Shown: one piece after another, positions 34,809 to 44,426 of the stretch
How the letters are laid out: each line of letters starts with the position of its first letter
How positions within the stretch are numbered: the stretch's first letter is position 1
Source: Nitriliruptoraceae bacterium
GTDB taxonomy: Bacteria; Actinomycetota; Nitriliruptoria; Nitriliruptorales; Nitriliruptoraceae
NCBI GenBank assembly: GCA_040904745.1
Contig: JBBDSW010000186.1
Location: 133 to 64,132 of the forward strand
Reading direction: 5' to 3'
DNA: 64,000 bases
Translations under genes and position numbers: made by a program
The notes under the pieces: generated by a model
What the model saw: the letters and a program-made list of their open reading frames with translations, nothing else
The model's database searches: none
What the model was told of the DNA's origin: nothing

Positions 34809-37800
34809 CCGCCACCTCCGGGCAGCGCGACCAGGCGAGGCCGGCCGGCAGGGGTGTCCTGCGCCGCCGCGTCGGGCCCGCCTCCGTCATCGAGTTCGTC
34901 CGCGTCGTCGAGGTGGTCGCTGGACAGGGCGACGAGCTCCCGGAGCTCATCGTCATCGAGTTCGGTGACCCAGGACTCCCCGCTACCGACGACGGCGTCG
35001 GCCAGGGCACGCTTGCGCTCCAGGAGGTCGGCGATGCGCTCCTCGAGGGTGCCTGCGGTCACCAGCCGGTGCACCGTGACGGTCTCGGTCTGCCCGATGC
35101 GGTGGGCACGGTCGGTGGCCTGGTCCTCGACCGCAGGGTTCCACCAGCGGTCGAAGTGGATGACGTGGTTCGCGCGGGTGAGGTTGAGTCCGGTGCCGCC
35201 GGCACGTAGTGACACGAGCAGGATCGGCGGCGCATCGTCGTCGATCTGGAAGCGCTCGACCATGTCGTCCCGCTGGGCCAAGGGGACGCCGCCGTGGAGG
35301 AACGGCACCTCCGGCAGGCCGAGTCGGTCGGCCAGGTGGGAGACGAGCAACTCCCCCATCTCGCGGAACTGCGTGAACACCAGCACGCGGTCGCCCCCGT
35401 CGACGATCTCGGTCAGGATCTCGGTCGCGCGGGCGAGCTTCCCGCTGCGACCCGGGAGCCTCCCCTCGTCACGCAGGTACTGGCGTGGGTGGTTGCAGAT
35501 CTGTTTGAGCGCCGTGAGCAGCGCGAGGATGCGACCGCGGCGTTCGAACGCGGTACCGCCGAGACCCTCACTGGAGAACGCCCGCTCGACGGTGGCCTGG
35601 TAGAGGGCCGCCTGTTCCCGGGTGAGCGCACACGAGACGGTGATCTCCTGCTTGGGGGGCAGATCGACGGCGACCTCGGGATCGTCCTTGCGTCGTCGCA
35701 GCACGAACGGTGCGATCAGGCGACGCAGGCGGGTCGCGGCGGCATCGTCGTGCCAGCGTTCGACCGGCACGGCGAAACGGTCGTTGAACGCCCGCTGGCT
35801 GCCGAGCAGACCGGGGTTGGTCACGTCGATGATCGACCACAGCTCCGAGAGCCGGTTCTCGATCGGGGTACCCGTCATGGCGATCCGGCTGCGTGCGTGC
35901 AGCGACCGTGCCGCCCGGGCCCCCTTCGACGACGGGTTCTTGATCTGCTGGGCCTCGTCGAAGACGACGACATCGAAGTCCACGTCCTCGAGCATGCCGA
36001 TGTCCCGGCGCAGCAACGCGTAGGAGGTCACCGCGACCTGGCCCGGTTCGAACGCGCGCGAGGTCACCGGCCGCTCGGTGCCATGGTGACGGACGATCGG
36101 GAGGTCCGGCGCGAACCGTCGGATCTCCCGCTCCCAGTTGCCGACGACCGAGGTCGGACAGACGACGAGGTGGGGCCGATCCTGGCGGGAACCGGTCATC
36201 AGGGCGATCGCCTGCAGCGTCTTCCCGAGGCCCATCTGATCGGCGAGGACGGCGCCCAGGCCGAGTTCCGTGAGCCGCTGCAGCCACGCCACCCCGCGAG
36301 CCTGGTACGGGCGCAGCTGACCCTCGATACCGACGATGCGCGCCGCTTCCGGTGCATCGCTGGCGCGGAGCCGCTCGAGCAACTGGCCGATGGTGCCGTC
36401 GGCCACCGTCTCCACCGGCCCGAGGTCCTCCACGTGGTGCTGGCCGGAGAGGGCCGCCGCCAGCGCCTCGGTCAACCCGAGAGACGCCGAGGTCCCCGCC
36501 AGCGCACGCATCCGGTCGACCTCGTCGTGGTCGACGTGTACCCACCGGCCCCGCCAGCGCACCAGGGGCTGCTGCAGCGCGACGATCCGGGAGAACTCCT
36601 CCGCGGAGATCTCGTCGTCGCCGAGGGCGATCTCGTAGCGCAGATCGGTCAGCGCGCTCGCCGACAGCCCATCGTCACCGCGCGTCCGGGGCGCACCCAC
36701 GGTGTTGCTCCCGATGCGGACCCGCAACCGGAGTCGACGGCCGGAGGCATCGGCGAGCTCGGGCGGGAGCTCGACGCCGATCCCGGCGGCCACCAACCCA
36801 TCGCGGGCGTCTCCGAGGAGCTGCGCCGCCTCGCCCGCCGCGAGCGCGAGGCTGGTCGGCTCCCGTTCCATCAGCGCCCGGTCGAGCGGCGGGAACAGAC
36901 GAGCCGCCGCCGCCAGTCCCCGTGCGAGCGTGGCCTCGGGATCATCGAGGCGACGCTCGGCGAGGAGCAGCGGCTCGCTGCCGCGGGACCAGACCTCCTC
37001 CGCGCTCACCTGCGCCCGGGGGTCCGCGGTGGAACGCAGGCCGAACCGCAGGATCCAGGGGGCATCATCGTCCGCTGCACCGGTGGTTGGAGGACCGTTC
37101 GTCGCGGTGGCCGGCGAAGTGGGGGCCTCGAGTCGGAGCGCGAGGCGAGCGGTCGCCCGGCTGGCGGTCCCGAGCACCGGCGCGGACCAGTCCTCGACGT
37201 CGGAGGCGACGTCCTCGGCGGGCAGCCGCAGGTGGGTGACGGTCGGATCGCTCCCACCCAGCGCATCGACCCACATCTGGGACCACGGTCGTCGTGGCCC
37301 TCGTCGACGTGGGTCGAGCTCGGGCCGACGGCCCTCCCGCGCGCACGCGTCCGCGACGGCGTCGAGGAAGGCATGCAGCAACTCGACCGCCGGCCACGGT
37401 GTCCCGTTCGGGTCCCGTACCGCGTGCGCCGCCACCGGCAGGGCTGCGGCGAGCTGGGTGGGTCGGTCATCGGACCAGGCCACGGCGCGCCAGGCGGCAC
37501 GACCCTCCCCCGGGGTGTCGGTCGCCTGGAAGCCCGGCAGCAGGCGACCGGCAGCGACCAACTCCAGGGCGAGCTTGGCGGCGACGCTCCACCCGAGGAC
37601 CGCCGCGGACGGTCGTGCCCAGGCCGGCCAATCGCCTCCCGGCGGCAGGGTCGCCAGGATCCGGACCGCGGGCAGTACGGGGATGCGACGCGCCGGGACG
37701 TTGTCGGGCTCGAGGCCACGGTCGCCGACCCGGAACGTCCGCAGCTCGCTCGGCTCACCGCCGGGGAGACCGAGCTCTGCGCTCGCCTCGACGAGCCTGG

Positions 37801-37912
37801 CATGGACCAGCTCGGCGTCCTCGCCCGCGGTACCTGTCAGCCAGATCGCGAACGTGCCTCCCGCGGGCACGGGCCCCCCGGGAACGAACGTGAGCTGCGG
37901 ACGAACGGTCAC
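34805..37912 (-). CDS. SNF2 family DEAD/DEAH-box helicase
   Basis: LRPYQARGVAWL, LADQMGLGKT, VVFDEAQQIKN, MTGTPIEN, SLRAGGTGLNLT and QATDRAHRIGQ. GTG 37912 lies 9 nt after GGAGA. The ORF is open to 38326, but that extension is Arg/Ser-rich. Confidence 0.85.
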   Translation of the reverse strand: MTVRPQLTFVPGGPVPAGGTFAIWLTGTAGEDAELVHARLVEASAELGLPGGEPSELRTFRVGDRGLEPDNVPARRIPVLPAVRILATLPPGGDWPAWARPSAAVLGWSVAAKLALELVAAGRLLPGFQATDTPGEGRAAWRAVAWSDDRPTQLAAALPVAAHAVRDPNGTPWPAVELLHAFLDAVADACAREGRRPELDPRRRGPRRPWSQMWVDALGGSDPTVTHLRLPAEDVASDVEDWSAPVLGTASRATARLALRLEAPTSPATATNGPPTTGAADDDAPWILRFGLRSTADPRAQVSAEEVWSRGSEPLLLAERRLDDPEATLARGLAAAARLFPPLDRALMEREPTSLALAAGEAAQLLGDARDGLVAAGIGVELPPELADASGRRLRLRVRIGSNTVGAPRTRGDDGLSASALTDLRYEIALGDDEISAEEFSRIVALQQPLVRWRGRWVHVDHDEVDRMRALAGTSASLGLTEALAAALSGQHHVEDLGPVETVADGTIGQLLERLRASDAPEAARIVGIEGQLRPYQARGVAWLQRLTELGLGAVLADQMGLGKTLQAIALMTGSRQDRPHLVVCPTSVVGNWEREIRRFAPDLPIVRHHGTERPVTSRAFEPGQVAVTSYALLRRDIGMLEDVDFDVVVFDEAQQIKNPSSKGARAARSLHARSRIAMTGTPIENRLSELWSIIDVTNPGLLGSQRAFNDRFAVPVERWHDDAAATRLRRLIAPFVLRRRKDDPEVAVDLPPKQEITVSCALTREQAALYQATVERAFSSEGLGGTAFERRGRILALLTALKQICNHPRQYLRDEGRLPGRSGKLARATEILTEIVDGGDRVLVFTQFREMGELLVSHLADRLGLPEVPFLHGGVPLAQRDDMVERFQIDDDAPPILLVSLRAGGTGLNLTRANHVIHFDRWWNPAVEDQATDRAHRIGQTETVTVHRLVTAGTLEERIADLLERKRALADAVVGSGESWVTELDDDELRELVALSSDHLDDADELDDGGGPDAAAQDTPAGRPRLVALPGGGG

Positions 37913-38135
37913 GTCAGGTGTCTCCGACGGGAAGAGGCGGCCCACCAGCGTAGGGGTTCGGGACGGCGACCTCGTGCGGCCGAGCTTGCGCGCGGTCGCC
38001 GCAGGTCGTGGACAAGTCGCGGGTGAGCGGGGCATCCTGTGAAGCAGCGGCACCGAAATAGGGGTACGTCGCCCCGGGTTCCCTACCCAGAGTGACACCC
38101 ACGCTCCCGTCTGGCTTCCCTGTCTGGAGGCGACC

Positions 38136-38390
38136 GTGTCCGAGACCAACACCGCGACGGCCAACCCCGTCTCGACCAACGACCGTGCGGTCGCATGGCT
38201 CGAGGACGAGTTCCCGGGTTGGACCATCGACATCGACGAGACCGCGACCTGGGAAGGCGATCTGCGTTCCCTCTGGATCGCTCGCCGCGAGGGCCACCAC
38301 CCGCAGGCTGAGCTCTCCGCCGCCAAGCTGCACAGCCGCCTGAGTGACTACCTGAAGCGCGAGGAACGTCGCCGCGCCTTCTCGAACTGA
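38136..38390 (+). CDS. hypothetical small protein (84 aa)
   Basis: GTG lies 5 nt after GGAGG. Balanced composition (AWLEDEFPGWTIDIDETATWEGDLRSLWIARREG). No recognised domain. Confidence 0.5.
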   Translation: MSETNTATANPVSTNDRAVAWLEDEFPGWTIDIDETATWEGDLRSLWIARREGHHPQAELSAAKLHSRLSDYLKREERRRAFSN

Positions 38391-38490
38391 CCCCCTCCCG
38401 GCAGCCGTCGCGGGTGGGACACCCGTGGTCGTCAGCGGATCCGACCCGGTCGCCTCGACCGCCGGACCGTGACATCGGAGCAGGGCGCGC

Positions 38491-39678
38491 ATGACCCTCC
38501 TCGACCTGCTCCTCGCCCTGTTGCTCGTGGCGGCCATCCGGTCGGGGTGGCGAGCCGGACTCCTCACGCGCGTCAGCCTGTGGGTCGGCCTCGTCCTCGG
38601 GCTCCTGGTCTCCGCCTGGACCGTGCCGCTGGTGCTCGGCTGGTTGGCGGAGACCGCCTCCACCACGCGCTTCGTCGTGGCGGTCACGACGCTCGCGGCC
38701 ACGGTCACCTTGGTCGCGACGATCCTCGGTCAGCTCGGCGCATCGCTCGGGCGGGTCGTGGCACGCACGCCGATGGCGAACCTGGACCGTGCCGCCGGCG
38801 CGGTCGCCGGCGCGGCCCTCGTCGTCATCGGTGCGTGGCTGGTGCTCCCGATCGCCGCCGAGGTCCCGGGCACGCTCGGTGAGCAGGCCAGCGGTTCGCG
38901 GGGCGCCCGGATCCTCGCCCAGTGGACACCGCCCGCACCGGACGTCTCGGACGGCGTCCGACGCCTGGTGGCCGGGAGCCGGTTCCCCGAGGTCATCGCC
39001 GAACTCGACCCCGTGTCCACGGCCCTGCCCCCGCCCGGCGAGATCGCCGTGGATGCCGAGGTCGTGGCGGCCGCGACGGCTGCGTCGGTACGGGTCTCGG
39101 CGAGCGGCTGTGACGCGCGCTACGACGGTTCCGGGGTGACCGTCGCAGCGAACATGGTGCTCACCAACGCGCACGTGGTCGCCGGTTCGGACGAGGTCCA
39201 GATCCGTCGTTCCGATGGCGTGCAACTCCCGGGCAGGGTCGTCGCCTTCGATCCGGACCGCGACCTCGCTCTCGTCGAGGTGGCCGAACTCGACCGGGAT
39301 CCGCTCCGGCTCGGCCACGGCGAGACCCGTGACGAGGCGGTCGTCATCGGCTACCCCGGTGGCCAGCCGGACCCTCGCGTCGCGCCGGTCCGCATCGAGC
39401 AGCGACGTACGGCGCTCGGCCGCGACATCTACGGCCTCGACGAGACCGAACGGGAGGTCCTGTTCCTCGCCGCGAGCCTGCTGCCGGGGGACTCCGGCGC
39501 TCCGCTCGTCAACCAGGCCGGCGAGGTGGTCGGGCTGGTGTTCGCGGTGAACCCGGACAACGACGGGTCGGCCTACGCCCTCGACCGTGAGGAGGTCGAC
39601 GCGGTCCTCGCTGCTCCGCGGGTCACCGGGGCGACGGGTCGCTGCCTGAGCACGGCCACGGTCGGCGCGGGCGACTGA
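38491..39678 (+). CDS. marP: MarP family serine protease (CvpA-like membrane domain + trypsin-like domain)
   Basis: Four N-terminal TM helices, then the catalytic triad context TNAHVV, DLALV and GDSGAPLV. Confidence 0.85.
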   Translation: MTLLDLLLALLLVAAIRSGWRAGLLTRVSLWVGLVLGLLVSAWTVPLVLGWLAETASTTRFVVAVTTLAATVTLVATILGQLGASLGRVVARTPMANLDRAAGAVAGAALVVIGAWLVLPIAAEVPGTLGEQASGSRGARILAQWTPPAPDVSDGVRRLVAGSRFPEVIAELDPVSTALPPPGEIAVDAEVVAAATAASVRVSASGCDARYDGSGVTVAANMVLTNAHVVAGSDEVQIRRSDGVQLPGRVVAFDPDRDLALVEVAELDRDPLRLGHGETRDEAVVIGYPGGQPDPRVAPVRIEQRRTALGRDIYGLDETEREVLFLAASLLPGDSGAPLVNQAGEVVGLVFAVNPDNDGSAYALDREEVDAVLAAPRVTGATGRCLSTATVGAGD

Positions 39679-39741
39679 CCGAGCCGGCTCCGCCCCCGGC
39701 CGTGTCGCACCCCGTCCGTAAGGTCGGATCGGGTCGCCACC

Positions 39742-40191
39742 ATGGACATGGCACCCGTTGACCCCGTGCCGGGTGAGGGAACGATGCCGATCATGCTGAT
39801 GCCGATCATGCTGTTGGCCGTCGGGCCCGCGACCATCACGCGGATGCCGCTCGAGCTCCCGGTGCTGGTCGTCCTGTGGGGTCTGGCGGTGTGGTGGTTC
39901 GCCCGGCGGTTCGATCACCCCGACGGGGATCCGGTCAGCCGGCGGTCGCGGTCAGCCGATCGTGCGGCGCAGGAACCCACGCATCCCCGCGGCACCCAAC
40001 AGGATGGTCGCGACGGTCAGAGCGGAGAGGAACGCCACGGGCGGCATCGTCGGGATCGATGGTGTCACCGCCGCCCTGAGGCCCTCGCTGACGTAGACGA
40101 GCGGGTTGAGGAGCACGAGCCACTGCAGCCAGGGCACCGCGTCCAGCGACGCCCACGGGTAGTACACGGCTCCGAGGAAGGTGAGCGGTAG
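39742..40191 (+). CDS. possible small membrane protein (3' part antisense to the permease gene)
   Basis: N-terminus MPIMLMPIMLLAVGP...VLVVLWGLAVWWFARRF is hydrophobic with GC-rich third positions. No stop before 40191, giving 240 nt of overlap with the convergent gene. Weak support. Confidence 0.25.
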   Translation: MDMAPVDPVPGEGTMPIMLMPIMLLAVGPATITRMPLELPVLVVLWGLAVWWFARRFDHPDGDPVSRRSRSADRAAQEPTHPRGTQQDGRDGQSGEERHGRHRRDRWCHRRPEALADVDERVEEHEPLQPGHRVQRRPRVVHGSEEGER

Positions 40192-40827
40192 GACGACCAC
40201 GGAGAACATGAGGCCGATCTGGCGGGGGCTCACGTAGGTCCCGAGAGCGAGACCGAGCGCGCCGGAGAGCAAGGCGGACAGCACGACCACCGCCAGGAGC
40301 AGTGGGAGGGAGGTGACCTCGAGGGCGACCGGCGTGGCGGGGATCGCCGTGACCATCGGCAGCACGAGGAGGCCCGCAAGGACACTCTGCGCAGCGCCGA
40401 ACAGCAGCTTCTCCAGAGCGACGACGCGCACCGGGACCGGGGCGAGGATGCGGTCCTCGATCTCCTTGGTGTCGCCGAACTCCGTGGACAACGGGAGGGC
40501 CACCGCGATGATCCCCTGGAAGATCACCGCGACCGCCACGAGGCCGGGGACGAGCACCGTGGCGAACTCGCCACCACCCCCACCGACCCCCTGCCCGATG
40601 CGCGGGAACAGGTAGGCGAACACGAACACGAACAACAGGGGCTGCATGACCGTCCGCGTCAGGAACGCGGCCGCTTCCCGGCGCAGGACCCGGAGATCCC
40701 GCAGCATGAGGCCACCGATCGCTTGCAGGCTGGTCCGCACCGGGCCGGGCTCCCCGAGCGGGCCGTCACCGGCGCCGGTGGACCCGGTCCGAGGGCCGCG
40801 GGGTTCGATGATGTCGGTGTCAGTCAC
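39952..40827 (-). CDS. ABC-2 type transporter permease
   Basis: Six TM segments with an ABC-2 pattern (LRREAAAFLTRTVMQPLLFVFVF...). GTG 40827 overlaps the ATPase stop by 8 nt. Confidence 0.8.
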   Translation of the reverse strand: MTDTDIIEPRGPRTGSTGAGDGPLGEPGPVRTSLQAIGGLMLRDLRVLRREAAAFLTRTVMQPLLFVFVFAYLFPRIGQGVGGGGGEFATVLVPGLVAVAVIFQGIIAVALPLSTEFGDTKEIEDRILAPVPVRVVALEKLLFGAAQSVLAGLLVLPMVTAIPATPVALEVTSLPLLLAVVVLSALLSGALGLALGTYVSPRQIGLMFSVVVLPLTFLGAVYYPWASLDAVPWLQWLVLLNPLVYVSEGLRAAVTPSIPTMPPVAFLSALTVATILLGAAGMRGFLRRTIG

Positions 40828-41764
40828 GCAACTCCCTGCCCGTACGAGCGATGAAGACGGACTCCAAGGTCGCCCCCTGGGAGGAGACGTCGCGCACCCC
40901 CGCCGGTGCCGCGGCCGCCACGACCCGGGCGAGGAGTCCGTCCCCCGCGGTGGCGTGCACGCGCACCCCGGCATCGGTCCGCTCGGCGGTGTGGACACCG
41001 CTGATCGTGGACACGGCGGTGAGGAGCTGGTCGTCGGCGACCCGCTCCAGCGACAGCTCGAGCACGGTGCCCGGCCCGTGGGCCGCTTTCAACGCGGTTG
41101 GCGTGTCGCACTCCAGCACCCGCCCGTGGTCGATGATCGCCACCCGATCGCACAGCTGATCGGCTTCCTCCATGTAGTGGGTCGTCAGGACCACGGTGAG
41201 CCCGTCGCGCCGGAGCTCCTCCACCAGTTCCCACAGGGCGATCCGGCTCTGCGGATCGAGGCCGGCGGTCGGTTCGTCGAGGAAGAGCAACCGGGGACGG
41301 TGGGCGATCGCTCGCGCCACCTGGAGGCGCTGGGCCATCCCACCGGAGATCTGGGTGGGGAAGGCGTCCGCCCGGTCCGCGAGGTGGAACCGCTCGAGGA
41401 GTGCAGCAGCACGAGCACGGGCCTCGCGCCCCGACCAACCGAAGTAGCGGTTGTGGTAGTACAGGTTCTCGGCCAGCGTGAGCGAACGATCGAGCGTGTT
41501 GTCCTGGGTGACCACGCCGATGCTCCGCTTCGCCCGGGCGCCCTCAGCGGCGATATCCAGACCGAAGATGCGGGCCTGCCCCGCCGTCGGACGGATGCGT
41601 GTCGTGCAGACCCCGACGATCGTCGACTTCCCTGCGCCGTTCGGACCGAGCAGGCCGAACATCTCCCCGGGCGGTACCTCGAGGTCGATGCCAGCGACAG
41701 CAGACACCGGCGGTGTACCCGGGTAGGTCTTGTGCAGCCCGGCGACCGCGAGGGCAGGCGTCAC
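40820..41764 (-). CDS. ABC transporter ATP-binding protein (DrrA-like)
   Basis: Walker A GPNGAGKST, signature ISGGMAQRL, Walker B LLFLDEPTAGLD. Confidence 0.9.
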   Translation of the reverse strand: MTPALAVAGLHKTYPGTPPVSAVAGIDLEVPPGEMFGLLGPNGAGKSTIVGVCTTRIRPTAGQARIFGLDIAAEGARAKRSIGVVTQDNTLDRSLTLAENLYYHNRYFGWSGREARARAAALLERFHLADRADAFPTQISGGMAQRLQVARAIAHRPRLLFLDEPTAGLDPQSRIALWELVEELRRDGLTVVLTTHYMEEADQLCDRVAIIDHGRVLECDTPTALKAAHGPGTVLELSLERVADDQLLTAVSTISGVHTAERTDAGVRVHATAGDGLLARVVAAAAPAGVRDVSSQGATLESVFIARTGRELRD

Positions 41765-41774
41765 CGGGACGTCC

Positions 41775-42497
41775 TCACAGCCGTGCCAGCAGCCGTGCGA
41801 GCATCACCGCATGGACGACGACCGCGGCGATCACGAGGAGGTGGAACAGTTCGTGGTAGCCGAACCACCTCGGCGACGGGTTCGGGCGCTGCAGACCGAC
41901 GATGATCGCTCCCACCGTGTAGAAGATCCCCCCGAGGAGGAGGAGGACGACGGTGCCGACCCCGGCACCGACCCACAGCCACGGCAGCAGGGCGATCGGG
42001 ATCCACCCGAGCGTCAGGTAGACGGCCTGGTTGAACCCGCGCGGAGGTGCGAACGGCAACCACTCGACGACGATGCCGAGGACGGTGCCGACCAGGGACC
42101 CCGTGAGCAGCGCAACCGAGGCCCAGCCAGAGAGTCCGAGCAGCGCGATCGCGACCCCGGTCCCACCGATGGCCAGGTAGATCCCGGTGTGGTCGAGGCG
42201 GAACAGCCGCTCGTAGGTGCCCGCACCCCAGCGACGCAGGTGGAGGAGCGCACTGAAGCTGAACATGGCGGCCATGCCGAGACCGAACGCGGCGATGGCA
42301 AGCCGCCCGCCCGCCGGGGCGAGCACGGTCCACAGGACCGCGCCAAGGACCGTCACGATGGCCGCCAGCAGGTGCGAGCGCCCGCGGAGACGGGGTCGCG
42401 GCAACGTCAGGGCACGCTCGGTGTTCACCGAACGCTTCAGGATGGGGCGCTCACTCACCCTGCGAAGGTACCGGGGCCATGTGGCCGGCCCCAGCAT
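41775..42497 (-). CDS. hemolysin III family (PAQR) membrane protein
   Basis: Seven TM segments. LFRLDHTGIYLAIGGT and HELFHLLVIAA are the usual hemolysin III motifs. Confidence 0.8.
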   Translation of the reverse strand: MLGPATWPRYLRRVSERPILKRSVNTERALTLPRPRLRGRSHLLAAIVTVLGAVLWTVLAPAGGRLAIAAFGLGMAAMFSFSALLHLRRWGAGTYERLFRLDHTGIYLAIGGTGVAIALLGLSGWASVALLTGSLVGTVLGIVVEWLPFAPPRGFNQAVYLTLGWIPIALLPWLWVGAGVGTVVLLLLGGIFYTVGAIIVGLQRPNPSPRWFGYHELFHLLVIAAVVVHAVMLARLLARL

Positions 42498-42547
42498 GGT
42501 CCTGTAGCCCTCCGAGCCCTCCCGGGAGACGACCTAGGATGCCAGGC

Positions 42548-43012
42548 ATGAGCCGACCCATCGCGACCACCGACCGCGTCGAGCGCGACGAGCTGTACGG
42601 GTTCGTCCGCGACCGCCACCACCTGATCCTCACGACCTGGCGTCGCGACGGGCGACCGCAGCTCTCGCCCGTCACCGGCGGGCTCGATGGCGATCACCTG
42701 GTCATCGCCACCTACCCCGAGCGAGCCAAGGTCAAGAACCTGCGGCGCGACCCACGGGCCAGCGTGCTCGTGTTGTCGGACGAGTTCGACGGCCCGTGGG
42801 TGCAGATCGACGGCTCGGCCGAGGTGATCGATCTCCCGGAGGCACTCGACGGCCTGGTGCGCTACTTCCAGGTCATCTCCGGCGAGCACCCCGACTGGGA
42901 GGAGTACCGCGAGGCGATGCAGGCGCAGGGCAAGTGTCTGATCTCCGTGGCGATCGGGTCCTGGGGGCCGATCGCCACCGGCGGGTTCCCACCGCGGCTC
43001 GCGGACGACTGA
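42548..43012 (+). CDS. PPOX-class (pyridoxamine 5'-phosphate oxidase fold) probable F420-dependent enzyme
   Basis: LILTTWRRDGRPQLSPV...KVKNLRRDPRASVLV. Start at MSRPIA (42548). Confidence 0.7.
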   Translation: MSRPIATTDRVERDELYGFVRDRHHLILTTWRRDGRPQLSPVTGGLDGDHLVIATYPERAKVKNLRRDPRASVLVLSDEFDGPWVQIDGSAEVIDLPEALDGLVRYFQVISGEHPDWEEYREAMQAQGKCLISVAIGSWGPIATGGFPPRLADD

Positions 43013-43016
43013 GCGG

Positions 43017-44426
43017 ATGGTCGCCCAAGCGGTACCCACCCGTCTCCCCCGCCCGACGCGGATCCAGGCCAGCGGCCTCGTCATCGGCTTCATCGCCTTC
43101 CTGGTGCCCCTGGTGGTCGATGTCCCCGATCTCGACCCGGCCGGTGAGCGGATGCTCGCGATCTTCCTCCTCGCGATCGTCCTGTGGCTCACCGAGGCGA
43201 TCCCGTTGGTGGCCACGGCCCTGCTCGTCCTGCTGCTGGAGGTGCTGTTACTCACCGACCAGGCGCTCGTGCCGCTGGCCGACGAGGTCCTCGTGGCCTC
43301 CGACGTGTTCGCCACCCTCGCCGACCCGGTCATCGTCCTCTTCCTCGGAGGCTTCCTGATCGCGGACGGCGCCGCGAAGTACGACCTCGACCGCAACCTG
43401 GCGGCGGTGCTGTTGCGTCCGTTCGCGGCCGGGGGGGCCCGACGCACGGCGCTCGGCCTCATGCTGATCACCGCGCTGCTCTCGATGTTCGTGTCGAACA
43501 CCGCCACCACCGCCACCATGTTCGCCGTCGTGCTGCCGGTGCTGGCCGGGTTGCCGGCTGGTCGAGCGCGCACCGGCCTCGCGCTGGCGATCCCCATCGC
43601 CGCGAACGTGGGTGGGATGGGGACCCCGGTCGGCAGCCCCCCGAACGCGATCGCACTGGGTCAGCTCTCGGCCGCAGGTGGCAGCGTCTCGTTCCTCGAC
43701 TGGATGCTGCTCGCCGTGCCCCTCATGCTGGCGCTCCTGTTCGGCGCATGGTTCTTCGTGACACGGCGGTTCATCCCCGCCGACACCACGCTCGATCTCG
43801 AGATGACCGCGCGCTTCAACCGGTCACCGGCCGCCATCGTGTTCACCGTCGTCGCCGGAGTCACCGTCGTGCTGTGGCTGACCGAGCCGATCCATGGCCT
43901 GTCGTCGTCGACGGTCGGGTTCCTCCCCGTGGTGGCCCTGCTGGCGACGGGTGTCCTCGGCCCGAGGGATCTCCAGGGTTTGCAGTGGCACGTCCTGTGG
44001 CTGGTCGCGGGAGGGATCGCCCTCGGTGCGGGGATCTCCGGCTCAGGGCTCGACACCTGGATCCTCGGTGCGGTGGCCTGGGACCGGATGGCGGCGGCCA
44101 CGCTGCTCGGCCTGCTGGCCCTCGCAGCGCTCGCGCTGTCCAACGTGATCTCCAACTCGGCCGCGGCGAACCTGCTGGTGCCGCTGGCCCTCAGCCTGGC
44201 GACCACGGTCGCGGTCGAGCCGGCCCTGATGGCCGTGCTCGTCGGCCTGGCCTGCGCGTTGGGGATGGCGCTGCCGATCAGCACGCCCCCGAACGCGATC
44301 GCGTACGCGACCGGCGAGGTCCCGCAGCCGGCGATGGCGTCCACGGGCATCGTCATCGGGGTCGTGGGTGGAGCGGCTCTCGCCTTCGCGATGCCCCCAC
44401 TGTGGACGTGGCTGGGGCTGCTGTGA
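43017..44426 (+). CDS. SLC13/DASS family anion:cation symporter
   Basis: More than 10 TM segments. Duplicated SNTATTA and SNSAAAN hairpin motifs. PPNAIA occurs twice. Confidence 0.85.
   Translation: MVAQAVPTRLPRPTRIQASGLVIGFIAFLVPLVVDVPDLDPAGERMLAIFLLAIVLWLTEAIPLVATALLVLLLEVLLLTDQALVPLADEVLVASDVFATLADPVIVLFLGGFLIADGAAKYDLDRNLAAVLLRPFAAGGARRTALGLMLITALLSMFVSNTATTATMFAVVLPVLAGLPAGRARTGLALAIPIAANVGGMGTPVGSPPNAIALGQLSAAGGSVSFLDWMLLAVPLMLALLFGAWFFVTRRFIPADTTLDLEMTARFNRSPAAIVFTVVAGVTVVLWLTEPIHGLSSSTVGFLPVVALLATGVLGPRDLQGLQWHVLWLVAGGIALGAGISGSGLDTWILGAVAWDRMAAATLLGLLALAALALSNVISNSAAANLLVPLALSLATTVAVEPALMAVLVGLACALGMALPISTPPNAIAYATGEVPQPAMASTGIVIGVVGGAALAFAMPPLWTWLGLL

Noticed and set aside
35294-38026. 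910-aa plus-strand ORF
   Set aside because: Antisense to the SNF2 helicase, which carries all the helicase motifs. No motifs in this frame.
43184-44422. 5' part of the 1045-aa ORF that ends as the cNMP-domain kinase
   Set aside because: This part overlaps the DASS transporter in another frame and is Arg/Pro-rich. A GTG at 44423 overlapping the transporter stop gives a sensible 632-aa kinase.
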